This document shows positions 15,001 through 27,597 of a stretch of DNA of 64,000 nucleotides, one piece after another. The translations under genes were made by a program, and so were the position numbers. The notes under the pieces were generated by a model, which searched no databases, had not been told where the DNA came from, and was given only the letters and a program-made list of their open reading frames with translations. Each line of letters starts with the position of its first letter. Within the stretch, counting starts at the first letter, position 1. The stretch is taken from the NCBI RefSeq assembly GCF_037042905.1, contig NC_087251.1, positions 28,708,001 to 28,772,000 of the forward strand. The letters run 5' to 3'. The stretch comes from Lytechinus pictus. Lineage: Eukaryota.

Positions 15001-15990
15001 CAAACTTCGGGGCGTCGAATTGATGTTAGAACTAGGGGTGGATGCCAAATTGATGTTCAAACTAGGGGGCGCCAAATTAATGTTCGTCCTATGGGGCGCC
15101 AAATTAATGTTCGAATTAGGGGGCACCAAAGCGATATTCGCACCAGGGGGCGCCGAACTTATTTTTCAAACAAGGGGCGCCAAATTGATGTTGGAACCAG
15201 GGCCGCCAAATAATGGTCGAGTTACGGGGGCGCCGAGTAATGTTCGAACTGGGGGGTGTTGAATTGATTTTTGAAGTAGGGGAGTGCCGAATTTTTGTAC
15301 GTACTAGGAGGGCGCAGAATTTATGTTCGAATTAGGAGGCGTTGAATTGATGTTCAAACTGGTGGGATGCCAAATTTACGTTCAAATTAGGGGCGACAAA
15401 TTGATGTTCCTCCTAGGGGGGCACGAAATTGATGTTTGAACAGTGCGGTATAGAATGGATATTCGAAGTAGGGGAGCGCCGAATTTATGTTCGAACTGGT
15501 AGGGCGCATAACTAGGGGGTGGGTGCCAAATTGATGTTCAAACTAGGGGCGCCAAATTAATGTTCGTTCTAGGGGGGCGCCAAATATTTGTTCGAACTAG
15601 GAGGGCGCAGAATTGATGTTTTAACTAGGGGGTGGGGTCCAAATTGATGTTCAAACTAGGGGGCGCCAAATTTGATGTTCGAACTAGGGCGTACCGAATT
15701 GATGTTCGAACCAGGGGTGTGTCGAATTGATGTTCAAACTAAGGGGTGCCAAACTGATTTTCGAACTAGGGGGCGTCAAATCGATGCTCGAACTGGGAGG
15801 GCGCCGAATTGATGTTGAAACTAGGGGGCGCCGAATTGATGTTCCAATTAGGGGATGCTATTTTTATGATTGACCAGAGGCGACAAATTCAAGTTTCTGA
15901 GGGGAAAGGGCAAACTCATATTTCTCGTGGGGCGCCAAATGACCTTAAACTTAAAGGGGGACGCCACGCAAATTCATGTTCGACCTGGGG
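1..15990. repeat. 27-bp tandem minisatellite/satellite, consensus ~TTGATGTTCGAACTAGGGGGCGCCAAA, roughly 570 units, with kb-scale higher-order duplications
   Basis: Unit read directly throughout. The 9-codon period gives the LMFELGGAK-type ORFs. Identical ORF blocks recur at 254, 8057 and 10657. The array degenerates after ~15100 and runs off the left edge. Confidence 0.97.
3418..3480 (-). mobile_element. 63-bp foreign insert in the 27-bp array, probable 3' tail of a retroposon (second copy 6281-6343)
   Basis: It interrupts a unit between AAATTAATGT and CAAACCAGGG. The reverse complement ends ...CTCTGGATAAAGATTTGAAATAAATAGAATAAATAAATAAA, an (AAAT)n-like tail. Confidence 0.5.
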
Positions 15991-16099
15991 AGCAAAATTG
16001 CTCGTATTGCCTGGTTATATTGAGATACATGGTCGCACAAAAGATTAAATGCGGCGGAATTAAAATATCCCGTTTTATGATAATGTACAAAAAACAATG

Positions 16100-17810
16100 T
16101 GCTCGCGTTTCAATTCTGTTTAGCGAGATTTTCTGATTCAAAATAACAAAAAAGGGCTGAATATAAAACTCAGCTTCCGCTACGCGCTCGCAATATTTGA
16201 TTAGTGAGCTACGTATCCTCTCCATAGGTCTCACGTGCATAAGTCCTTAAAATGTTAGTTTTTTTTCAAGTCAGTATCCATAGGCGGATCCAGGCGTGCT
16301 TGCCTCATTTATTGAGTGAAGATACCCGTTATTTCCTTTGTTAGAAAAAGTGCATAGAATGTCCCAACTTGGGGTCAAAATAATAATAATTAAAAGAATG
16401 GCGAGCGCTTCGCGCTCGCACAAATTGTCAATTAGGTATCAATTTTGTCAAAAGTGCTCAGAAAGTCCGCTTTTCAGGTCTAAAAATTAAAAAATTAATC
16501 TTTTCACCCTTTATTTCAATCGTTTGATCAGATACCCATCGTCTTCAAGGTTACACACAAAAAAAAAATCAACTTTTCAAATCGGAAAATTGAAATTTTC
16601 AGCTCGCGCTTTACGCTTGCATCAGTTGTTTAGTTAGATACCTATTCTATTATTCAGCACATGACAAAAAAAGTGCTAAAAATCCATTTTAAAAGTAGAC
16701 AAATAAAAAAATTTCAGTTCATACTTTGCGCTCGCATCAATTGTTTAGTGAGATACCAATTCTGTTCATAGTTACAAAATGTGCTGAATTACCAGATTAA
16801 AGGTCGGAAATTCAAATATTTTCAGCTCGCGCTTTGCGCTCGCATCAGTTGTTTAGTTAGATACCTATTCTGTTCATGGTTCCAAAAAGTGCTGAAAAGA
16901 TGCAGTTTAAAAGTCGGAAAATCAAAAATTTTATCAATTTAGTTAGATACATATCCTCTTGATTATTACAAAAAGTATATTTCCAGTTTTCTAGTCGGAA
17001 AATCACTGGAAGCCGTCATTAACAGGTCCCGTTACAGATCAATGTATTGACATTTTTAGCTCACGCTTCGCGCTCTCATTAATCATTTAGTTACATACGC
17101 ATCTTGTTCATGAATATAAATAACTGCTCAGAATATAAATGTTAAATCACTATTCATAAAATATAGTATAGGTCGCGCTTCGCGCTCGCGTTATTTCTTT
17201 ATTCCCTATTTTGATATCTTGTGTGTAAGAACAAACCTGGGATGCAGTTAAAACTTCAATCTATGGAGAGGAATACCCCCTAAAAAATCAGCTTTTGGTG
17301 AACAATCGGAAAAAATGTGAATGAAATTATTTTCCTACCAACTACCCCTTCCCCCATTGGCGAAAGCTGGATCCGCCCCTAAGTATATGGATTTTTTTAA
17401 TTGCACATAAGCATCGCATTTGAATTTTATCGTTAGATATGTATTCTGTTCACGATAAAAAAACCCATTTAGCTCTTACTTTGAATTTTCACCATTTATT
17501 TAGTGAGATACGTATTCTCTTAACAATTGGTAAAAAGTACTCAAATGTTTTCCACTTCTGGTCAGTATAGTAAAATTTCAGCTTGCGCTTTGGGCTCGCA
17601 TTAATCATTCATTGAGACACAAATTGTTCTTTATCTAAAAACTTTCTTAAAAATGTCAAATTTTCAGATGGGAATATGAAAAATGTTCCAACTTGTATTA
17701 CTTGATTCGCGAGATACACAGCTATTTGTTTATTTCATGTTTAAAGATCCAGTTGTCAGGTTAGAATATCAAAAAATTTCAGCTCGTGCTTCACCACGCT
17801 CACGTCAATT
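16100..17810. repeat. Degenerate ~100-130-bp-period repeat built on TTTCAGCTCGCGCTTCGCGCTCGCAT
   Basis: The motif recurs near 16170, 16405, 16600, 16720, 16825, 17060, 17175, 17580 and 17780, usually followed by TTTAGTNAGATAC. Confidence 0.8.
16279..17381. mobile_element. Non-autonomous short-TIR element (GGCGGATCCAG termini) overlapping the GCTCGC repeat
   Basis: Left CATAGGCGGATCCAG (16279) and right CTGGATCCGCCCCTA (to 17381) are inverted. No clean TSD. Confidence 0.5.
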
Positions 17811-17985
17811 GTTTAGTAATATTTTTTATTATTACCGGATATACTGGAAAAATGCAGAAAGCTGCAGCCGAGTTTCCAGGTCTAGCTTTCGTCCAAGCTC
17901 AATCTTCTTCCACAAGTATGATATGTGTGACAGTGTCAGTCACAGTCAGTGTCCAGTGTACATGGTGCATTTGCAATAATTTTTG

Positions 17986-18215
17986 TCAAATCAAATCATT
18001 CCCAAGGGTGACTGTACCATTCTTTATTCCAGAACTTATCAAGCCTGGCTTTGAAGGAGTTTACAGATGGAGCAGACACAACTTCATTTGGTAGCGAGTT
18101 CCAGTCATGCACTATTCTGGCTCCGAAGGCATTTGCTCTTACACATGTACATCCAGTCTATTTCTTTTCTTGAAGTTTAAATGAGTGACCTCGTGTTGCC
18201 GCAACAGTAATAGAC
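17986..18215 (-). mobile_element. CR1-clade LINE 3' fragment (ORF2 C-terminus)
   Basis: The minus strand reads TRGHSFKL...RANAFGARIVHDWNSLPNEVVSAPSVNSFKARLDKFW, the typical CR1 ORF2 tail. A (TTTGA)n-like end lies near 17990. Confidence 0.85.
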
Positions 18216-19146
18216 GAGAAGAACGAATATACCCACCCTTTCCTAACAGTTTTATGCGAACGAGAAGCACGGGCTGAAAACTTTTGATATTCAAACCTGA
18301 CAACTGAAAGTGTCATTTTTTCGCATTAGTTTTTAAATTAGATATGCATCGACAAATAAGCTTTCAGAGTAAAATAAATGGAATATAAAAATAATCACTT
18401 TTAATGTATAAAAGTGAAATTTCAAATTACCTCACCATGGCACCCCGCACTGATACACAGAATGTTTTCGACCCGAGATAGCTTTGAAGCTGCTGAAAGG
18501 GATTACTCTTCAAGGTTCAAGGATATCACGTATGGAATTTTTTTCTTCATGAACACATTTTAAAAAAATGGTCTTCAATTGCCCTTTTTCATGTGACTCT
18601 ATGAAATAACCTACATTGTAATTCAACATGCATTTAAGGCACTTGTGTTTGCCTGGCGGGGAGGGAGGGGGCGCAATTTTTCGAAAAGTACTACACGCCA
18701 AAATCAGATCAAATTTGGGCTCCCGGCCTCCCTGGATCCGCGCATCCACATCCCCATTTAGCGACGACCCTTCCCAGATATCTCTTTTCTCATTTTATTT
18801 TACCTAAGTTTTCTCACTCTTTACCCCTTTCCCCTCTTTCTTTCATTTTTTGTTTGTTTGTCATGACTTGACAAATCATAGGGGGCGGTCACCCCTGTAC
18901 ACCCCATCGTGGCTCCGTCCCTGTATCTAACATCTAAATGAGCGGAAAATGGCAAAGGCAAATTAATGCATTAAACAAAAATTTAGAGATCCACAGTAAG
19001 CCTTGAACTCATGGTTCACTATATCCACATCTTTCATTTTTGTTGCCGTTTTCTCTCAATTTTTATAGCCCTTTTGTAAACGGCAAATTTTGTCCATTTT
19101 GCACAGCTTTGTTCACTGTGGAAGAAACTTTCGAGTTCATACTGGC

Positions 19147-19270
19147 TAGCCTAGCCAGGCGGCTTCTAGAGAGTAAAAATCATTTACTAACGTAAGTTTA
19201 CTTTCGTATATGAGAGTAACCTTACGTTAGTAAATGATTTTTACTCTCTAGAAGCCGCCTGGCTAGGCTA
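19147..19270. repeat. 124-bp spacerless palindrome (62-bp arms, 3 mismatches), probable collapsed MITE
   Basis: TAGCCTAGCCAGGCGGCTTCTAGAGAGTAAAAATCATTTACTAACGTAAG... is mirrored about TA|TA at 19208/19209. Confidence 0.92.
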
Positions 19271-20647
19271 ACCCCCGTTCCATATCTTTTTGATTAATAT
19301 CGGACAAAATAATCTTGACAATGTGGGACACTGCTGGCCTTGATGAATGTCAACTGAGGCTTGGATTAAAATTACAAGGCTTCATTTTACCTATTTGTAT
19401 CGTTCTGGATGCCTATGCGGTTAAGCACAGTTATAGACTGGATATGCTTCTATTTAAGATCTGGACATAAACAAACAAAACAGTCTAGAAGTAGAAACCT
19501 GCTTCAATTCTGTCGACCACTAACTCATTTTTTTTTTACTAGCTATACGCATGTATAATAGTCGCCTAGTTATCTTCCGGAGTTATCAATGATAAAAAGA
19601 GAAATTTAAATGGCTTTTCTTACCTCCACATAGTCCGCTTGTGGTTGCATCTTAAATGCTGAAAATGTACACTGCAGGCGTTAAACGTTTGATGAATAAA
19701 ATTACTAAAACATTGAAGAGTTTCTGACAACACCAATTTAATATCTCTAGGTGTTCTTTCCTTTTCAAAGTCAACAATCAATTAGCCCGGTCGGCAGTGC
19801 TGATTGAAAAACAGTCAAGTTGTTATAGATCCCCTATCCATCAAACATTCCTTGCATGCTGGATCATGTGGAACAAGATGCATTCTAGTTGTGCCCATTC
19901 GTGCATTGTCTCTATTATTCTGGGGGATTTTTTTCTTCAGATTTTCCCGCCTTTGTGCGCTCGTGTCTCTTCAGTACGCATTACGTAATCGCCAAGTTCA
20001 GCGCCACTGAAAGGTCCGATTTTATGGTTTTCAAGCTTTTTGTAGAATCAGCCGTTGAACATATTATTATCAATAAAGCCCTTTGCACCTTTTTTATCCC
20101 AAATCTCGAATCGAAGACCATTCACTCATTAAAATCGTTAATTATTGAATTATTATGTGTTCTGTAACATGATATTAATATGCAAATTATGTCAATGGAT
20201 TAATTAGGAATTAGTAAACAGGTGTCTCATGTCAATCGTCGTGTAATTTTTGCATACATGTTGATCTAAAATAAAAAGGAGTGAGCACGGTGACCGATCC
20301 AAATATTAATTTGGTATAGGCCTAATTCTGGAATTATTGTTCATTTACTGTTCAGATTAGTGAGAAATACACATCTAAGTAATGAATAACAGGCACAGAT
20401 CCGAATGAACGGGGGCACAGACTTTCCTCCCCTTCAGCTCTAAATCGCCATTGTTACTCCATCCAGTAGGCCTACCCTTTTTTTTGTAGGACGAGGACAG
20501 ACCCGCCCTTTTTTTTTAGGAGGGCGTAAAAAATCTTTAAACCTGATGATCCGCTTCTATTAAGTAAATGATTGTGTGCACAATTATAGATAGGTTTTGA
20601 CAATTTATTTAGAGGGGGTGCAAGAGCGCCCCGAACCCACTATATAC

Positions 20648-23600
20648 TAGTCGATTTGACAATCCCATAGGCTCAATACACCAACCTAGCAATGTTCTTT
20701 CCGATGAAGTTTTTTTCTTGATTTGTGTTCCTATGGGGTCCTAGAACAAATTCAGCTTGGTTGCCCAAAGTTGCCGTTTGGGCAATTTTGCTAATTTGCA
20801 TAAATCCAAAATGGCCGCCAGATGCCATCTTAAAAACTTAACTTTTGAATCCCTTGCCCTAAAATGATTAGTAATGACTCTTTTAGGGGTTTAGGAGTGT
20901 GTAGAATCCATTTCTATTATCATTTTCGCAATATAAGGTCATCTTCAGGTCAAATCCAAGATGGCCACCAGATGCCATCTTGAAAAATTGACTTTTAATC
21001 CCCTTGCCCCCGAATGACGAGAAATACCTCTGTTTAGGGGTTTCGGGGTATGTATAATCTCTTTGTGCTATCTATTTTGCAATATAATGACATCTTCAGG
21101 TCAAATCCAAGATGGCCGCCAGATGATACCACGATGATACCATTTTGAAAAATTAATTTCTGAACCCTTTGTCCAAGAATCATTTTTTTATGTCCAGCCA
21201 TATTTTTCTAGTGAAAGGACTTCAAAGTATTATTTTTTTAACTAAAAAGTGATTTCTCCGTATTTTTCAGAAAATTTGTTAACTTATTACCTTCCTTTAT
21301 AATTATCATTGGACTTTTCGTCCTGACAAAAGCCTTTGACTTGGTCAGCACGAGTGCACTTTTGAGCCACCTGTAGAAGATAGGCTCCACAAGCGCCAAG
21401 ACTGATCCATGGTCATATCATTCCATGTGAACAGTTTGCTACAATGCTGGAACATCTAGTAGCTTCCCTCAGTTCCTGTGAGCAGTGGCGTGAAGCAATT
21501 AGGCTGGGCCTGGCCCTGACACTCAGGATCTTCTTCTCCATGCTTCCCCAGTATTTGGCGAAAGCACAGAAGGCATCTACATATCCGTATACCAGAGCAG
21601 ATGGGAAACTCTTCAACATCGACCGGCTACGTGCCAAAACAATGGTCAGGATGGTTTTCATTCGTGAGATGTCGCCCCTGCCTTTCATAAAGAAGCTGGA
21701 GTAGGCCTACAAGACCTAGTCATAAAGCCGCCTGTTTTTTGCATGTACATGATGTAAGGAGTTTGGATGACCCATCAGACTGTAAGACAGAAATCCTGAT
21801 CGACTCAAGACACTGACTGTCCTCCAGATATCTCTATCAACAGCATGCACTAGTTTGGTTGTGGTGGACTCCTCACCTACCTTGCATTGACTATCTGTCT
21901 CTAGTTCCCCTTTACTGGACAAGGAGATAAGCATCAGGATAGGAAACTCTGTGACAGCCATGGCCAAGCCCCTGAACGGAAATAAGTCCTGGAAAACGTG
22001 CACCGATCAAGAAAAGCGACTAAACACCTTCCATGTCAGCTGCCTCGGACGTATCCTACACATTAAATGGCAGGACAGAGTGAAAAATATAAGGCCCTTC
22101 AGCGTACGTGCATGCTGGCATCCTCAGCTTATTCTCGCTCCTTTGGTGACTCATGTTCGCCGGATGAAACTTTGGCAAATCCTAGAAAGGATTCGCCAAT
22201 GTAAGGTGAGCTGTGTGATTGGTCCCCAGATAGATCACATCCGTTATAAACACACCTGCAAACGTGACATAAAACTTGCCGCCATAAACACTAACACTTG
22301 TGAAGATGTAGATGATAGTCGCCATTTATGGAGAGCTACTAAGTACAGGGGTCAAGACGTCAGAAAATAATCGGAATGCTACATTGGCAGGCCAAATACC
22401 AAGGAGGAAGGCTAGGGCAGCATCTCTATCTGAACCTGTCTCAGCGCCATCCTCCTTCATCTGTACAAAATGTGCTTTAGAGACTGCCACTCTAGAGCGG
22501 AGCTCTACAGCCACTCTCGAAAATGTAATACCTAGCGCCCTACACCATCGTCTTTTGAGACGAACTTATGCCTACCTATCATTGGACACTTTGATTTAGG
22601 AAAAATATGGAGAAAACACTTTCAAATTCAAATAAGACTTTAAAGCCTCTTCGGTACAAAAGCATGGATGGACATTAAAAGAAATAAAAATACAAAATTG
22701 ATCATAGCCGAAACCTACAGAGGATTCTCTTTTAGGTGAGCAGTAAATGTCGAACGTCTGACAACATCTCAGATCTGACTTCCCCTTGAACTAAAAATTG
22801 AGAATTAATAAAATAAATTAGTATTTTTACTGAAATCTCCTTACATATGCTCTTACACTATAAGACTCGGAAAGTAATTTTTCAAGATGGCGCTTGGCGG
22901 CCATCTTGGATTTGATCTGAAGACTATCCTTTATTGCAAAATAACATCAGAAATCAAATCAACATACCAAATGGTTCACGAATAAAGTTATTATTCATGA
23001 TTCTGGGGCAAATGGTTCAAAAGTTAATATTTCAAAATGGCGTCATCTGGTGGCCATCTTGGATTTGATCTAAAGAGGACCTTATATTGCAAAATAGATA
23101 GCAGAAAGAGATTTCACACACCCCTAAAGCCCTAAATAAAGGTATTACTCATCATTCTGGGGCGAGGGGTTCAAATTCAATTTTTCAAGATGGCGCTTGG
23201 CGGCCGTCTTGGATTTGATCTGAAGACTATCCTTTATTGCAAAATAACATCAGAAATTAAATCAACATACCAAATGGTTCACAAATAAAGTTATTATTCA
23301 TGATTCTGGGGCAAATGGTTCAAAAGTTAATATTTCAAAATGGCGTCAGCTGGCGGCCATCTTGGATTTGACCTGAAGATGACCTCATATTGCAAAAATT
23401 ATTATAGAAATGGATTCTACACACCCCTAAACCCATAAAAGGAGACATTCCTCATCATTTTAGGGCAAGGGATTCAAAAGTTAGGTTTTTAAGATGGCAT
23501 GTGGCGGCCATTTTGAATTTATGCAAATTAGCCAAATTGCCCAACCGGCAACTTTGGGCAACCAAGCTGAATTTGTTTTAGGACCCCATAGGAACACGAA

Positions 23601-23660
23601 TCAAGAAAAAAACTTCATCGGAAAGAACATTTCTAGGTTCGGAAAATGTCAAATCGACTA
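20648..23660. mobile_element. Non-autonomous long-TIR DNA transposon, TAGTC...GACTA termini, 3-bp TSD TAC (Academ-like)
   Basis: TAGTCGATTTGACA... and ...TGTCAAATCGACTA. The inverted arms (~500 bp) are made partly of ~150-bp subrepeats (CAAATCCAAGATGGCCGCC), 3 left and 5 inverted right. TAC flanks both ends. Confidence 0.85.
21315..22576 (+). mobile_element. 5'-truncated, degenerate RTE-clade LINE nested in the TIR element
   Basis: RT motifs LTKAFDLVS, IFFSML, TRADGKLFNIDRLRAKT and QEKRLNTFHVSCLGRILHIKWQDRVKN are spread across frameshifts. An 11-bp TSD TATCATTGGAC lies at 21304-21314 and 22577-22587. Confidence 0.9.
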
Positions 23661-24029
23661 TACGGGGACATGGGTCTATTGATTATAAATACATGTATAT
23701 GAATATAGATATCTCTTTTGCATCCTATGTTCTGTTAGAAATGTGTAGCCGTTATGTGGTTGAAATTAAACAGTAAATTATTTAAATCGAAGGATACTAG
23801 TATTACATGGACTAAATTAAAAACTTCCATTTGTCTTTTATCCTCTCTCTGTTTCTATCTCTCTCCCATATTGATGGGCGAATTGATTGGCGACAAAAAA
23901 TATAAAAGAGAAGAAGAGAGAAAAAGATAGGGCATGAGAAAAGCGAAGAAGAAAAAAAAGGAAAGCTGAATCATATAAGGGGAGGGGAAGAATTGGAAAT
24001 AAAAAAATCAGGTTACTATATGAAAATAA

Positions 24030-24640
24030 TATTTCCGCTCTCGCTTCACCGGCGCATGCATAATACATAACCTGCTCAAGAGGATTACATGGTGCTTAAG
24101 ATATTAAATTTTGAAGTCAATATAAACCAAAATAATTCTGAATGGGATTCGAGATGTCATTATTTTGTTTAGCAGGTCATGCATCATGTTCATATTTCTA
24201 AACAGGTGCTTAAAATGTCCCGTTTTCAGGTCGGAATATCAAAGGGTTTTCAGCTTGCGGGAGTTAGTTATCCTTTTCACGAGTCCCTGCGAACAGTTCG
24301 TATGTCCTTTTTCATGTTAGTATACCAAACATTTCTAATCGTGCTTGCATTATTGTTTGGTTAGATATGCATCTTGTTCATGATTACATATTAATCAAAA
24401 AATTTTAGAACTAAGAATGGTCCATTTTCAGTTTTCAATACATGGATAATATCCAAAAATTTCAGCTCGCGGTCCGCGCTCGCATTATTCATTTAGGTCT
24501 TATGGAAAACCTTATCTTGTTTGTACTAATAATAATAAAATGCACTTAAAATTCAGTCTTTAGGACTATTGCCAGCTTTGTAGCTCTTTGAGCGGCTGAT
24601 CAGGAAAATGTGTATGAAAATACGCCCCCCTTTTATTGGA
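24030..24640. repeat. Further degenerate copy of the GCTCGCGCTTCGCGCTCGC repeat family
   Basis: TTTCAGCTCGCGGTCCGCGCTCGCATT at ~24460 and related units at ~24250 and ~24340. Confidence 0.6.
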
Positions 24641-25614
24641 AAAACCTGCCCCCTCTCTTTCTCTTCTAGTCCTTAGCTATATCTGGACAGAATTTTCCCT
24701 TGTACACTGATTAGGGAAATAACTATAACAGTTTTATTTTACTAAAATATGAAAATAAACATTCTTGTGTTTGAGTCAATTTCATTTTCAACAAAAATAT
24801 AGTAACATGATGATACACTATTAAAAAGCAATTGCAAAAATTGGCAATATTTGGCCCAATAAAAAGACCCTGTCAAAATGAGCCAAAATTTTGGAATGCG
24901 CTACATAATAATTGGGTTTTGGTTCAATACATATTCTCCAACATATAAGCTCTTTTTTTACAACTCTTTTGAAATAAGGGACCGAAAAGAAATGGATTGC
25001 AAATTATGCCTAAATAGGAAAGTCAAAGTTCATATACTGATGAAAATGATAGCTAAACAGTAATTTAATTTCAAATAGACTTAAAACCTTTTTAATGCAT
25101 TAAATTTGTTTTTCAGGAACCCCTATAGAGGCTCCAGCAAAACTTGCATTTGTGCATTTATTTGTTTTTCATTTATAACATTTCAAATGAAAATTTTTCT
25201 TCCATTTCACAAATTTCTAAATTTTTCGTAAACTCATTACGCCACTGATATATGTGATAATTGCATATAAATTAAATAGCATGCAGCTAACTTTTCATTA
25301 ACCCACAACTCTGCATTAAAGGGGAAGGAATTAAGCACACAGTAGGTCCATGCTAAGAACATAATGCCTTTTACTTGATAAAAAAGACTTTCATCAGTGC
25401 ATCACACTTCCAAACCAAACATGACTCAAAAGACCCTTATATTACTTCATTTCTTGATAGATTTTATTAGTCAAAATATCATCAACATAAAAAATAGAAA
25501 TAACGGTGATTTCATTTAACATATATACACTTTATTTTGGCACTACCTGGCAGAATCCAAGATCCAAACTATCACAATACCAAACATTATATAGCAAGTA
25601 TAAAACAACAAAAT

Positions 25615-26346
25615 TGAAGAGCTCACTTGCAAAAGGAGTTAGGTCCATTTTTCATCAAATTTGATTTTTTTTTTGTCTCAAAATTTTTTTTTTGTGGTTA
25701 GGTCCATTCCAGTTTGTTTGCAAAAGGGATTAGGTCCAAACATAATTTTTTTGGAAAAGAATATTTTAAAAAATATGAAGACAGGTAGATTTCTTTTATA
25801 CCCAATTTGATGCTCTCATGGTAGGATATCATGAAAATTTAGTTTCACATAAGAATATTGCAATATGGGAGAATAAAAAAAAATGATTTTCTTGGAGTGG
25901 ACCTAACCCCTTTGCAAACAAACTCTTCTGAAGAGCTCATTTGTCAAAAGGGGTTAGGTCCATTGTTCATAAATTTTACTGTTTTCTGTCTCAAAACCAC
26001 TACATTTTTAGTAGCTCTGATGAAAACAGAAAATCTGAAATTCACATGAAAACGTGAATAAAAGTGGGAAAGAAAAATCACTTTTCTAATAAAAATAGAC
26101 TGGATTCATTTCGGTTTGCTTGCAAAAGGGGTTAGGACCACAATGATAATTTTCAAAATAATATATAGAAAAAAATTGAAGACAGGTAGATTTCTTTTAC
26201 ATCCAATTTTATGTTCACATGATAGGGTAGTACATCATGACAATTAAGTTTCTCATAAGAATATTGCAATAAGTGAGAATAAGAAACATGTTTTTTCTCG
26301 GAATGGTCCAAAGTGGACCTAACCCCTTTTGAAACCAAACTCTTCA
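25615..26346. mobile_element. Head-to-tail dimer of a short TIR element (GAAGAG...CTCTTC ends)
   Basis: Copies 25616-25928 and 25930-26345 each start GAAGAGCTCA(C/T)TTG..AAAAGG.GTTAGGTCCA and end TGGACCTAACCCCTTT...AAACTCTTC. They share internal sequence. Confidence 0.7.
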
Positions 26347-26564
26347 GATATAAAATCAGTCCTTTTGACACCTCAGGACAAGACACAGATTACAAAACAG
26401 CAATAAACTAATATTTCCAATGTTGCCTTACAGTACACATCTCTCAATATCAGATTTTCTCTTTCACCCAAAATTATTGAAACTGTAAATTTGACTCTTT
26501 TGCTTCCATTGCACACCCCCCCCCCCAAAAAAAAAAGTGATCCAGCTCATACACTACAAAAATA

Positions 26565-26798
26565 CAGTGATGCCAAAAAGTGAGCGAATCCCACCAGAAA
26601 ATGAAAATATTAGAAGTGTTCAAGTTCTACCAATCTTTTATATATTCAATTGTGAAATCAGGTGATAAAAAATAACATTCAATAAAGTTTATTTCTCTGG
26701 GCTATTAAGCGGACATAGTAGTGTTGCTGTCTACATCCAACACTCAGCATGAAGGAGTTCATTTTCTGGTGGGATTCACAAACTTTTTAGCACCACTG
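26565..26798. mobile_element. Tc1/mariner-type MITE
   Basis: TA|CAGTGATGCCAAAAAGTGAGCGAATCCCACCAGAAAATGAA ... TTCATTTTCTGGTGGGATTCACAAACTTTTTAGCACCACTG|TA: ~41-bp TIRs and a TA TSD. Confidence 0.9.
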
Positions 26799-27279
26799 TA
26801 TATAAATGTGAAAATTATCCTTACCCGTTATGGCAAAGAAATTAAAATTATCAATTTAGAGATTTGAGAAATATGTCATAACTGAGAATTTTCCCTTTTT
26901 TATATATAACACTTCTCAAGCATGGAATGGGCTGGTGATTTTGAAGTTTACATTGACCTTTGATATTTATTTGTAGCTTTCAGGAAAGCAATCACTAAGA
27001 TTAGAAATTCATAAGGCTCTTTCTTTAAAAGGAAAAATACAAACATTACTAAAAGAGGGAGCTAGATAGTAAAATTCATATTTTCACAAAGAATCCATGG
27101 AAGAACAAAAATGTAATGGTCATAACAGTATGGTCTTTATATATATATATATACAATCAATATCAAATCAATGATAGAAATGTATAGATTCAAGGTACAT
27201 ATTTACGCTTTAATTACAAAGAACCCACAAAACTGCTGCTGTGTCCCTCTTTTCTGATCAAAACACGACCTTCCCATCT

Positions 27280-27478
27280 CACTACGCCTCCACACTTGTC
27301 TTAAATTAGGCGCAAGTACTACTACGCTCTCAGTGCGCTGCGTTCGTGCTTTAACTAGGCTGTTTCCGCACTAGCTACGCTGTTTCTACGCTTCCCCAGA
27401 CATACTTACGCGCGTCTTCTGCTCTCGCTGCTATAAAAAGGCCGTAGCCGATACACTAGAAAGTTTGCTGCAAAAATG
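27280..27478 (+). promoter_or_regulatory. Putative Pol II promoter: CpG-rich patch with five TACGC motifs, TATAAAA at 27432, ATG at 27476
   Basis: Local CpG enrichment in AT-rich surroundings. CTATAAAAAGG is followed by AAAATGGCT, which opens a 48-codon ORF starting MAPKRKSK (stop 27620-27622). Confidence 0.45.
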
Positions 27479-27597
27479 GCTCCCAAAAGAAAATCAAAGA
27501 GATGGAGAGGGGAACAGTTGATGAGGAGGTGGATGTTGGTGAAACACCAATGTTTGATTTGGACAAAAAAATATAATTGTAGACTCCCAAGCATTCA

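Noticed and set aside
254..15262. Dozens of MFELGGAK / RIDVRTRG ORFs
   Set aside because: They are translations of a 27-bp repeat in several frames with frequent G-run frameshifts, not a gene.
1..15990. CRISPR-like array (27-bp palindromic repeat)
   Set aside because: Units are contiguous with no unique spacers, there are no cas genes, and the context is eukaryotic.
19783..20324. Third TAG...CTA TIR element
   Set aside because: Only a loose inverted match (CCGGTCGGCAGTGCTGA vs TGAGCACGGTGACCGA) and mismatched flanks.
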